From assembly GCA_038236695.1 (NCBI GenBank), contig JBBRZM010000010.1:2363-66362 (forward strand): a DNA stretch of 64,000 nucleotides, given 5' to 3'. Below the pieces are notes generated by a model that saw only the letters and a list, made by a program, of their open reading frames with translations, had not been told where the DNA came from and did no database searches. The position numbers and the translations under genes were made by a program. Shown here piece by piece: positions 54,380-62,552 of the stretch; position 1 is the stretch's first letter, and each line of letters begins with the position of its first letter. This stretch comes from Acidimicrobiia bacterium (GTDB taxonomy: Bacteria > Actinomycetota > Acidimicrobiia > IMCC26256 > JBBRZM01).

Positions 54380-56941
54380 ATGTTCAAGGCGACGATCAAG
54401 GGCATCTTCGCCCGCAGGGTGCGGCTCGCGCTCACCGCAATTGCGGTGCTGCTCGGGGTGACGTTCGTCAGCGCGAGCTATGTGTTGACCGACACATTGC
54501 AGGGTTCGTTCAACGGCATTTTCAATCAAACGGTTTCCAACGTCGACCTCGTGGTGCGAGCGCGCAATCCCTTCGTCGGGAGTAGCAACGTCCAGCGCAT
54601 TCGAATGCCCGAAGCTGTCCTGGGAGAAGTGCGCCACGACTCCTCCCTCGAAGCGGCCGAAGGCATTGTGGTTGGTCAGGCGCAGCTTCTCGGCAAGGAC
54701 GGAAAGGCGATTCAGAACGGCGGCACGCCCAATCTCGGCTTCTCGTGGGCCCCGAGCTCCCGGGTCGGTCCGTTTCGCCTGGTGCACGACGGCAAGAGTC
54801 ACGCCCCCCGAGGGAACAACGAGATCGTCATCGACGAGGGTACGGCGCGTCGCAATCAGTTCGGGGTCGGCGACACGGTCACCGTGGCTCCCGAGGGGCC
54901 GGCGCAGAAGTTTCGCGTCGTGGGCTTGTTCGGCTTCGGCACCACATTCGATTTCGGCGCGGTGACGGCGGTCGCATTCGAGTTGCCGACGGCGCAGCGC
55001 GTGTTTGGCATACCCGGGCAACTCGACTTCGTGTATGTGAAGGGCCGTGCCGGGATTTCGCGGCGAGCGCTGGAAGATCAGCTGGCGAATGAGGTCGGTC
55101 CCGGATTCGAGGTCGTCTCCGCGGAGCAGGCGGCCCGGGATCTTGGTGCGCCGGTGCGCGGGCTGCTCGGTTTCCTCAACGACGCGCTGCTCGGCTTCGC
55201 GCTGCTCGGTGTCGTCGTCGCGAGCTTCATCATCTTCAACACGTTCGTGATTCTCCTTGCGCAACGCACCCGTGAACTTGCGCTCATGCGGGCGATGGGC
55301 GCGAGCGGGCGACAGGTGATCGGTTCGGTCGTCGCGGAAGCCGTGACGGTCGGTTCATTCGCTTCCGCGGTCGGCGTCGGGCTCGGACTGGGCCTGGCGC
55401 GGCTGTTGCTGACGCTGATCGGTTCCTTCGGGTTCATACCTCCCAAGGGTCCGCTCGTGCTCCTGGGGCGCACGGTCACCGCGTCATTCGTCGTGGGCGT
55501 GGGCGTGACGGTGTTCGCATCGATCGTTCCCGCGTTGCGGGCGGCGCGCACGCCGCCGATCGCCGCGATCAACGACGTCCGTCCGGTCACCGCGCCGCTC
55601 CATCGGCGTGCGGCCTTCGGCGGACTGACACTGGCAATCGGCACTGCGGTTCTCATCTACGGACTGGTCGTCACCCCGCGTACCGACTTCTTCGCCAAGA
55701 TTCAAATCGTCGGTATCGGCGCGTTCGTGGTCCTCGTCGGCGCGGTCATCCTTACGGCGACATTCGCCCGTCTGCTGGCGCGCGCCGTCGGATGGCCATT
55801 GTCAGCCGGGATGGGGGTCACCGGCACGCTCGCTCGCGGCAACGCCATGCGCAATCCGCGCCGCACCGCCGCGACCGCCTCCGCGCTCGTTATCGGGCTG
55901 AGCCTGGTATCGCTCGTCGCTATCTTCACCGCGTCGGCCAAAGCTTCGGTGCGAAACGCGATCGACAGCGGCCTGAGTGCTGACGTCGTGCTCAGTCGGA
56001 AGTTGTTCACCACCTTCTCACCACTGGTCGCGGAACAGGTCAGCAAATTGCCGCAGGTGGACGCGGTCGCACCGTTTCGGTTCGTACGAGCGCGCGTCAG
56101 CAACGACGCAGTCATCGTGGCGGGTACCGATCCGCTGACACTGGCCCGTGTCGTGAACCTCGATCTTGTGAGTGGGCACGTCGAAGGGCTGACCCTCGGC
56201 GGCATTCTCCTGGCCAAGGATGACGCCGACAGCTACCACGTCAAGACCGGCGACATGATCGAGGTCGGCAGCCCGCGTGGTTCGGGGCCGCTCCGAGTGG
56301 CGGGTATCTATCGCAGCCGCAACTTCACGGGCGGTTTCCCGGTGCCATTCATCGTGTCGCTCACCACCTACCAGAACGTCTTCTCAGGCGCGCAAGAGGA
56401 TTCGCTGGTCTACGTGAAAGCCCGGCCCGGCGGTGCCGCGGTGGCCAGAGTGGCGATCAAGGAGTTCTTGCGGGAGCCGTTTCCCAACATCCAGGTGCAG
56501 ACACGGGACCAGTTCCGACAAGCCCAGGAACACCAGATCGACAACTTCCTCACCGTGATGATCGCGCTGCTGCTGTTGTCGGAGATCATCGCGGTGATCG
56601 GCATCATCAACACGCTCGCGTTGTCGGTGTTCGAGCGCACCCACGAGCTCGGCTTGCTTCGCGCTGTCGGCATGTCGCGCCGCCAGATTCGACGCATGGT
56701 CCACGCGGAAGGAGTGATCATCGCGGTGATCGGCGGAATCGTCGGCCTGGTGATCGGCGTGCTGTGGGGTTGGGCGTTCACCACCGCGCTGCAGTCGCAG
56801 GGTGTCAGCACGTTCTCCGTACCCCCCGGCCAGATCGCGATCTTTGTCGCCTTCTCGGTGCTCGCGGGCTTCGTTGCCGCGCTGTTACCGGCGTGGCGCG
56901 CGGCGCGACTCGACGTGCTCGAGGCGATCGCGACCGAGTGA
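54380..56941 (+). CDS. ABC transporter permease, MacB/FtsX-type with two FtsX domains
   Basis: 853 aa. Two repeats of a large extracytoplasmic loop plus a 3-4 TM block. RELALMRAMGASGRQV and HELGLLRAVGMSRRQI signatures. Confidence 0.8.
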   Translation: MFKATIKGIFARRVRLALTAIAVLLGVTFVSASYVLTDTLQGSFNGIFNQTVSNVDLVVRARNPFVGSSNVQRIRMPEAVLGEVRHDSSLEAAEGIVVGQAQLLGKDGKAIQNGGTPNLGFSWAPSSRVGPFRLVHDGKSHAPRGNNEIVIDEGTARRNQFGVGDTVTVAPEGPAQKFRVVGLFGFGTTFDFGAVTAVAFELPTAQRVFGIPGQLDFVYVKGRAGISRRALEDQLANEVGPGFEVVSAEQAARDLGAPVRGLLGFLNDALLGFALLGVVVASFIIFNTFVILLAQRTRELALMRAMGASGRQVIGSVVAEAVTVGSFASAVGVGLGLGLARLLLTLIGSFGFIPPKGPLVLLGRTVTASFVVGVGVTVFASIVPALRAARTPPIAAINDVRPVTAPLHRRAAFGGLTLAIGTAVLIYGLVVTPRTDFFAKIQIVGIGAFVVLVGAVILTATFARLLARAVGWPLSAGMGVTGTLARGNAMRNPRRTAATASALVIGLSLVSLVAIFTASAKASVRNAIDSGLSADVVLSRKLFTTFSPLVAEQVSKLPQVDAVAPFRFVRARVSNDAVIVAGTDPLTLARVVNLDLVSGHVEGLTLGGILLAKDDADSYHVKTGDMIEVGSPRGSGPLRVAGIYRSRNFTGGFPVPFIVSLTTYQNVFSGAQEDSLVYVKARPGGAAVARVAIKEFLREPFPNIQVQTRDQFRQAQEHQIDNFLTVMIALLLLSEIIAVIGIINTLALSVFERTHELGLLRAVGMSRRQIRRMVHAEGVIIAVIGGIVGLVIGVLWGWAFTTALQSQGVSTFSVPPGQIAIFVAFSVLAGFVAALLPAWRAARLDVLEAIATE

Positions 56942-56987
56942 GCGAGCGGAAGTGGTCAACGCGGCCGCTGCTACCATCGCCGGCTAC

Positions 56988-57062
56988 GGGCGGTTAGCTC
57001 AGGGGTAGAGCACTTCCTCGACACGGAAGGGGTCAGAAGTTCAAATCTTCTACCGCCCACCA
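56988..57062 (+). tRNA. tRNA-Val (anticodon GAC) with an unusual anticodon loop UCGACAC (C at position 33)
   Basis: Folded manually. Acceptor GGGCGGT/ACCGCCC, anticodon stem CTTCC/GGAAG (all Watson-Crick), T-loop TTCAAAT, encoded CCA. Confidence 0.8.
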
Positions 57063-57365
57063 CAAAGCCGACGACTCGAGCGCGCCGCCGACATCGTGCG
57101 ACCGCACGCGCGCTAGCCTCCCGTTTCATTTTCGCAGCAGTGCCGGGTGCGGCGCATGCCGGTTCGATCGAGGTTCGACGCTTCAGATCGGCGACACCGT
57201 TTGTGCAAAAGTGGTTCCTATACAGCGCGCTCGCGCACAAACGCTTGAGTTCGCAGCCCGATCCTTTGGTCCCGCGGTGGCACTCAGCGCGGCCTGGCCG
57301 AGCGCACGGGTGAGTCCTTCGAGGTCGGCGACCGTCACTGTGAGCGCAGACCGAAAGACGGCGGC

Positions 57366-57560
57366 TTACTCGGCGCGGATCTCGTCGTCGTCGAAGGACG
57401 CCGGGAGCATGCACCCGTCGGAACGGCGTCGAATGCGATACCTGGCGTTGTCGTCGCTGTCTTCGACGACTTCGCCGACCTCGAAGCCACGCGCCCAGCG
57501 CTGGTCGAATCGGGAGCGCACTTCCACCCAGGTGCCCTGGTGCACGCCGTATGTGGGCAT
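57366..57560 (-). CDS. Small hypothetical protein (64 aa)
   Basis: MPTYGVHQGTWVEVRSRFDQRWARGFEVGEVVEDSDDNARYRIRRRSDG.... Balanced composition, GAGG about 10 nt upstream, TAA stop. Confidence 0.4.
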   Translation of the reverse strand: MPTYGVHQGTWVEVRSRFDQRWARGFEVGEVVEDSDDNARYRIRRRSDGCMLPASFDDDEIRAE

Positions 57561-57838
57561 CTCGGTCCGCCTCTGCCGTTTGTCGCCGGCTTCTTGCTCA
57601 ACCGGAGCCTGGAATTGCTCGAACAGTGAGCGTACAGGTCACTGCCTGTTCGCGACAGGGGGGCAAACCCACGCGATGCGGCGCGATGCGCGCTCACGGT
57701 GACGCTCATCTGGGTGCGGCGCGAGGTGCATCGGCAGGTATCCATCCATTGAACCGCGCGTTGCAGTGACATTTGCCCCGTGCAGTCGCAACCGGGTTGG
57801 TTTGGTGCCGGCCGTGCCGGAACTCGGAGCGTGAGCCG

Positions 57839-58195
57839 ATGCTGTGCACTGAACGGCGGGCGCGATCGTGGCGCTGGCCGTCGTCGCTCTCGCGTGTGGC
57901 AACGGGCCCCAATCGGTGTCGCACGGCGAACGGCTCTCGAGGAGCACGCCCGGCCGGCGGGCCGTAACGCCGGCGCCCTCCACGCCGGCGAGCTCGGCGG
58001 CACACGCGGCGCCGCCGCCGGTGTGCCGATGCCGAACCCGGCGCTCACGCCGGGCGCGGCCGATCGGCGCGTGACGCAATCCAACCTCGGTAGCACGATC
58101 TGCCGGGCGGGCTACACCCGCACCGTGCGCAACGTCCCGCAAGCCATCAAGAACCGGGTATACACGGAGTACGGGATCACGAGGCAGCCCACCCC
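57839..58195 (+). pseudogene. Lipoprotein gene remnant (frameshifted and 3'-truncated)
   Basis: MLCTERRAR (ATG 57839) shifts to VALAVVALACGNG (lipobox, frame of GTG 57868). A second shift near 58020 leads into PMPNPALTPGAADRRVTQSNLGSTICRAGYTRTVRNVPQAIKNRVYTEYGI. The expected continuation is missing after about 58195. Confidence 0.5.
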
Positions 58196-58199
58196 CGGC

Positions 58200-58420
58200 A
58201 CGCGCATCCGGCGCAGCCACCATTGCTGCGGATCGTCACCAGGGTCACCATCGTTGAGTTTCGGTGAAGGACCGAGTGCGGGCGGCGTCGCGCCGAGCAC
58301 GCTGGTGATCGCCGCGTCGACGTTGCCGGCCGCGGCCATGGCGTCGACTTGACCGGGAAACGGTCCGAAGCCCGTGTGGCGCAGCAAGTGCGCAATGACG
58401 GGACGGTCAGTTGAACTCAC
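58200..58420 (-). pseudogene. DUF1800-family gene remnant (N-terminal about 70 aa only)
   Basis: From GTG 58420: VSSTDRPVIAHLLRHTGFGPFPGQVDAMAAAGNVDAAITSVLG...QQWWLRRM, typical of a DUF1800 N-terminus. The reading frame then runs antisense into the lipoprotein remnant. Confidence 0.5.
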
Positions 58421-58434
58421 CTGTGTTAATCCGC

Positions 58435-58602
58435 AAAAACGGGACCCAAGTTGAGTCACGGTCGTGGTAATGAATTCCGCGCGGAGGACTCCAGCGGCCT
58501 CGGGCGTGCGTAGCCTTGAAAAACGGGACCCAAGTTGAGCCACCGTCGTGGCAATGAATTCCGCGCGGACGACTCCAGCGGCCTCGGGCGTGCGTAGCCT
58601 TG
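58435..58602. repeat. Tandem direct repeat, 2 x 84 bp, in the aceE upstream region
   Basis: Unit 1 is 58435-58518 and unit 2 is 58519-58602. 80 of 84 positions are identical. Unit 2 ends 28 nt before the aceE ATG. Confidence 0.9.
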
Positions 58603-58629
58603 GGAGAGGCCTGCCCAGCGGAGGCGCGC

Positions 58630-61341
58630 ATGTTCATCGACGGCTTCGTCCACCAACTGCCCGACGTCGACCCCGAAGAGACCCGCGAGTGGCTCGACTC
58701 TCTCGACGGCATCGTCGAGGTCGGCGGCCGAGCCCGAGCTCGTTACCTGCTCGCGCGGCTCATGGAGCGGGCGCGAGAACAGGGTGTCGGCGTGCCCGCG
58801 ATGGTCAGCACCGACTACATCAACACGATTCCGCCCGACGAGGAGCCGTGGTTCCCCGGCGACGAGTATCTCGAGAAGCGGATACGCGCGTACATCCGCT
58901 GGAACGCGATGGCGATGGTCGACCGCGCGAACCATCGCTACGACGGACTCGGCGGCCACTTGGCGACGTACGCGTCCGCCGCGTCGTTGTACGAGGTCGG
59001 CTTCAATCATTTCTTCCACGGCAAGGCCGACGGCGGATACGGCGACCAGGTCTACATGCAAGGTCACGCCACGCCCGGCGTGTACGCGCGCGCGTTCCTC
59101 GAAGGACGATTGACCGAGCAGCACCTCGATCGCTTCCGCCGCGAGATCGGCGGTGGAGGCCTGCCGAGTTACCCGCACCCGCGGCGCATGCCCGACTTCT
59201 GGGAGTTTCCGACCGTATCGATGGGCCTCGGCCCGATCAACGCCGTGTACCAGGCGCGGTTCAATCGATATCTGTTGCACCGTCAGCTTGCCGATACGAG
59301 CGCGGCCAAGGTCTGGGGCTTCGTCGGCGACGGCGAGATGGATGAACCCGAGTCGACGGCCGCGCTGTCGATCGCGGCGCGCGAACAGCTCGACAACCTG
59401 ATCTTCGTCGTGAACTGCAACCTGCAACGACTCGACGGTCCGGTGCGCGGCAACGGGAAGATCATCCAGGAGCTCGAAGCGACATTCCGCGGCGCGGGTT
59501 GGAACGTGATCAAGGTCATCTGGGGTCGCGACTGGGATGCGCTGTTGAGCCGCGACGTCGACGGCGTGCTCGTCAACAAGATGAACGCCACCGTCGACGG
59601 CGAGTTCCAGAAGTACGTGGTCGAGCCGGGCTCGTACATCCGGGAGCACTTCTTCGGGCCCGACCCGCGTCTGCGCAAGATGGTCGAGCACCTGTCGGAC
59701 GACGACCTGCGCGTGCTCCCGCGCGGCGGGCACGACTACCGCAAGCTCTACTCGGCCTACAAGATGGCGGTCGAACACGAGGGCAGCCCCACCGTCATCC
59801 TGGCCAAGACCGTCAAAGGGTGGACGCTCGGTACCGGCATCGAAGCCCGCAACGCGACGCACCAGATCAAGAAGATGGCAGCCGCGGAGCTCAAGGTCTT
59901 CCGTGACCGGCTCCACCTCGAGATCTCCGACGCCGACCTCGAACAAGGCGAGGCGCCCTATTTCCACCCCGGCACCGACTCACCGGAGTACGAGTACATG
60001 ATGGCGCGCCGCCGTGCGCTCGACGGGCCGATGCCCGAGCGCGTCGTGCGACGTAAGACGTTTCCGATGCCTGCTGACGAGACGTTCGCCGACGTGTTTG
60101 CCGGCACCGGCGAGAAGATGCAGGCGTCGACGACCACCGCGTTCACGCGGCTGTTACGCAACCTGCTGCGTGACGCGGGGATCGGCGATCGCGTTGTGCC
60201 GATCATTCCCGATGAGGCGCGCACGTTCGGCCTCGACGCGCTGTTCCGTGAGCACAAGATCTATTACCCCCACGGCCAGCAGTACGAACCAGTCGACGCT
60301 TCATTGCTGCTGAGTTACAGCGAAGGTCGCGACGGCCGGATCCTCGAGGAGGGCATCACTGAAGCCGGGTCCATGGCGTCGTTCACGGCGGCGGGCACCG
60401 CGTACGCCACGTGGGGTCAGCCGATGATCCCGTTCTTCATCTTCTATTCGATGTTTGGCTTCCAGCGCGTCGGCGATCTCATCTGGGCCTTCGGCGACCA
60501 GCGCGGCCGCGGGTTCCTGCTGGGCGCGACCGCCGGCCGCACCACCCTCGCGGGTGAAGGGCTGCAGCACTGCGACGGTCAGAGTCAGGTACTGGCCACG
60601 AGCGTGCCCAACTGCCGCGCGTACGACCCCGCCTTCGCGTACGAGATGGCGGTCATCATCCGCGACGGCATCGAGCGGATGTATGGAGGCGTGGAAGGCA
60701 ACGGCGACGGCGCAGCACCCGACGACTGCTTCTATTACCTCACGCTGTACAACGAGAACTACCAGATGCCGGCGAAGCCCGAGGGAGTCGACGAGGGCAT
60801 CGTGCGCGGGCTGTACCGCTACCGCCCGGCGGCGGGCGAGCGCAGCCATCGGGCGCAGATCCTCGCCAGCGGCAGCGCGATGCTCGCCGCGCTCGAGGCG
60901 CAGCAGATGCTGTTCGACGAGCACGACGTCGCGGCCGACGTGTGGAGCGCGACGAGCTACAAGCTGCTACGCGAGGACGCGTTGTCGGCCGAGCGGTGGA
61001 ACCGCCTGCATCCCACCGACGTACCGCGCACACCATTCGTGACCGAACAGCTCGGCGGTGTCGACGGCCCGATTGTCGCGGTGACCGACTTCATGAAGCT
61101 GGTGCCCGACCAGATCGGTCGGTTCGTGGCGCAGCCGTTCATCACATTGGGCACCGACGGCTACGGCTACTCCGATACGCGGCCCGCGCTGCGCCGCCAC
61201 TTCGAGGTCGATGCCCAGCACGTGGTGGTGGCGACGCTCGATGGACTCGCGATGCGCGGTGACGTGAAGGGTGAAGCGGTCGCCGACGCGATCGCGCGCT
61301 ACGAGATCGAGACCGACGCGCCCGATCCGCGCATCACCTGA
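58630..61341 (+). CDS. aceE: Pyruvate dehydrogenase E1 component (homodimeric type)
   Basis: GGAGG RBS 5 nt before ATG 58630. MFIDGFVHQLPDVDPEETREWLDSL and the GDGEMDEPES TPP motif. About 900 aa. Confidence 0.9.
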   Translation: MFIDGFVHQLPDVDPEETREWLDSLDGIVEVGGRARARYLLARLMERAREQGVGVPAMVSTDYINTIPPDEEPWFPGDEYLEKRIRAYIRWNAMAMVDRANHRYDGLGGHLATYASAASLYEVGFNHFFHGKADGGYGDQVYMQGHATPGVYARAFLEGRLTEQHLDRFRREIGGGGLPSYPHPRRMPDFWEFPTVSMGLGPINAVYQARFNRYLLHRQLADTSAAKVWGFVGDGEMDEPESTAALSIAAREQLDNLIFVVNCNLQRLDGPVRGNGKIIQELEATFRGAGWNVIKVIWGRDWDALLSRDVDGVLVNKMNATVDGEFQKYVVEPGSYIREHFFGPDPRLRKMVEHLSDDDLRVLPRGGHDYRKLYSAYKMAVEHEGSPTVILAKTVKGWTLGTGIEARNATHQIKKMAAAELKVFRDRLHLEISDADLEQGEAPYFHPGTDSPEYEYMMARRRALDGPMPERVVRRKTFPMPADETFADVFAGTGEKMQASTTTAFTRLLRNLLRDAGIGDRVVPIIPDEARTFGLDALFREHKIYYPHGQQYEPVDASLLLSYSEGRDGRILEEGITEAGSMASFTAAGTAYATWGQPMIPFFIFYSMFGFQRVGDLIWAFGDQRGRGFLLGATAGRTTLAGEGLQHCDGQSQVLATSVPNCRAYDPAFAYEMAVIIRDGIERMYGGVEGNGDGAAPDDCFYYLTLYNENYQMPAKPEGVDEGIVRGLYRYRPAAGERSHRAQILASGSAMLAALEAQQMLFDEHDVAADVWSATSYKLLREDALSAERWNRLHPTDVPRTPFVTEQLGGVDGPIVAVTDFMKLVPDQIGRFVAQPFITLGTDGYGYSDTRPALRRHFEVDAQHVVVATLDGLAMRGDVKGEAVADAIARYEIETDAPDPRIT

Positions 61342-61391
61342 GCGGCTCGCGACGTCTTCTCGACGGCGCTGCGGCGCGGGCGTGCGCCGGG

Positions 61392-61619
61392 CTAGGACGC
61401 GCGGCGACCGTCGGCGTCGCCTCGGGGTTGGACGTCGGGGTCCCATGGCTCTTCGGGCTCGTCGTCGTCGGCGTCGTCCCAGGTCTCATCGTCGGCCGTG
61501 GCATCGGCGTTTTCGAGGTCGGCCAGGGTTTTGCTGCCTTCGGCGAACAGGCCGTCGTCGAACCCCTGCTTGAGCTCTCGCGCCTCACGGAACCGGCGAG
61601 CACGTCCTTTTCTGGCCAC
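61392..61619 (-). CDS. Small acidic hypothetical protein (75 aa)
   Basis: AGGTGA RBS. Basic N-terminus MARKGRARRFREARELK followed by a D/E-rich tail. High GC3. Confidence 0.5.
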   Translation of the reverse strand: MARKGRARRFREARELKQGFDDGLFAEGSKTLADLENADATADDETWDDADDDEPEEPWDPDVQPRGDADGRRAS

Positions 61620-61716
61620 GTCGTCACCTCACTGTCGCGGCCGGCCGGGTCGGGGGCCGCGTCTCCAGAACTCACCCCTCCATGATGCCGCAGGCGGAGG
61701 GGGTCATGTGCACCAA

Positions 61717-62382
61717 TCAATGTTCCCGAAAGGCGCGATTGCCATAACGGTCGAGGTGAACGACTTCTCGGACCGGACGTCGAGTGGTGGGTCCGTAGTT
61801 GCCCTGGGGCCAGCCCAGGGGGACGACGGCGATCGGCGTGACGTTGTGGGGCAGGCCGAGCGTGCGCCGGGCGAGGACGGTCGACCAGAGCGGCAGCGTC
61901 GTGACCGCGGCGCCGAGGCCGAGCGAGCGGGCTGCGAGGAGCAGGTTCTGCACCGCGGGGAAGATGGACCCGTAGTACGAAGCGGCCGCGAGTGGCGCGT
62001 ACAGCGGTGCGTGCCCGTGCAGACACGCAACGACGACCACAGGGACCTCCTCGAAGTGGTCGGCCTGCCATTGCACCGCGTCGATGTTCCGCTGCATCGG
62101 CTCGTTGTCGCGCATTATTCGGCGCCCGGCGCGCCCGTACAACGACCACGCCTGACGGTTGAGCCGGGCCAGCTGATGCTTCACGTCGGGGTGGCGCACC
62201 ACGACCCACTCCCAACCCTGGCGATTGCCGCCCGTCGGTGCCTTCACCGCGAGCTCGAGACACTGCAGCACCGTTTCGTCGTCGACGGGATCGTCGCGCA
62301 GCCGGCGTATCGAACGTTGGGTCATCATCGCGTCGACGAGCGGCATCGAGAGCTCGTCGCGAACATCATCGAAGCTCGGCAT
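61717..62382 (-). CDS. Nitroreductase family protein
   Basis: AAGGAG RBS 5 nt before ATG 62382 (MPSFDDV...). TQRSIRRLRDDPV and KAPTGGNRQGWEWVVV. Confidence 0.8.
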   Translation of the reverse strand: MPSFDDVRDELSMPLVDAMMTQRSIRRLRDDPVDDETVLQCLELAVKAPTGGNRQGWEWVVVRHPDVKHQLARLNRQAWSLYGRAGRRIMRDNEPMQRNIDAVQWQADHFEEVPVVVVACLHGHAPLYAPLAAASYYGSIFPAVQNLLLAARSLGLGAAVTTLPLWSTVLARRTLGLPHNVTPIAVVPLGWPQGNYGPTTRRPVREVVHLDRYGNRAFREH

Positions 62383-62480
62383 GACTCTCCTTCGGGCGAA
62401 CGCGCGCGCGGAGGCTATCGGTTTTGTGTGCGCCGAATCTTGGAGCGCGGCCATCGGTCAGGGGTATCCTGCGCGCGCTC

Positions 62481-62552
62481 GGGCGATTAGCTCAGCGGTA
62501 GAGCGCTGCCTTCACACGGCAGAGGTCACTGGTTCGAAACCAGTATCGCCCA
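62481..62552 (+). tRNA. tRNA-Val (anticodon CAC)
   Basis: Folded manually. Acceptor GGGCGAT/ATCGCCC, anticodon stem CTGCC/GGCAG, canonical loop TTCACAC, T-loop TTCGAAA. CCA is not encoded. Confidence 0.9.

Noticed and set aside
57140-57180. The GGTTCGATC/GGTTCGAC words as a tRNA fragment or att repeat of tRNA-Val(GAC).
   Set aside because: No complementary T-stem or acceptor sequence follows, and there is no match to the actual 3' end of the adjacent tRNA (…AGTTCAAATCTTCTACCGCCCA).
57211-57702. The 163-aa plus-strand ORF and other ORFs in the 57063-57867 gap.
   Set aside because: Ser/Arg-rich composition and antisense to the better-looking 64-aa ORF. No motifs. The region looks like degraded non-coding DNA.
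42003-58420. Explaining all frameshifted genes as assembly or sequencing error.
   Set aside because: Not fully rejected. It seems unlikely as a general explanation because very long genes nearby are uninterrupted, and two remnants are also truncated, not just shifted. Read-level verification is still required.
58435-58602. The 84-bp repeats as a CRISPR array.
   Set aside because: There are only two units, they abut directly with no spacer, the unit is far longer than CRISPR repeats, and no cas genes are present.
58421-58629. TPP or another known riboswitch in the aceE leader.
   Set aside because: I could not find the conserved TPP core (CUGAGA … ACCUGAUCUGGAUAAUGCCAGCG-like) or any other riboswitch signature I know. 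Left as an unclassified repeat.
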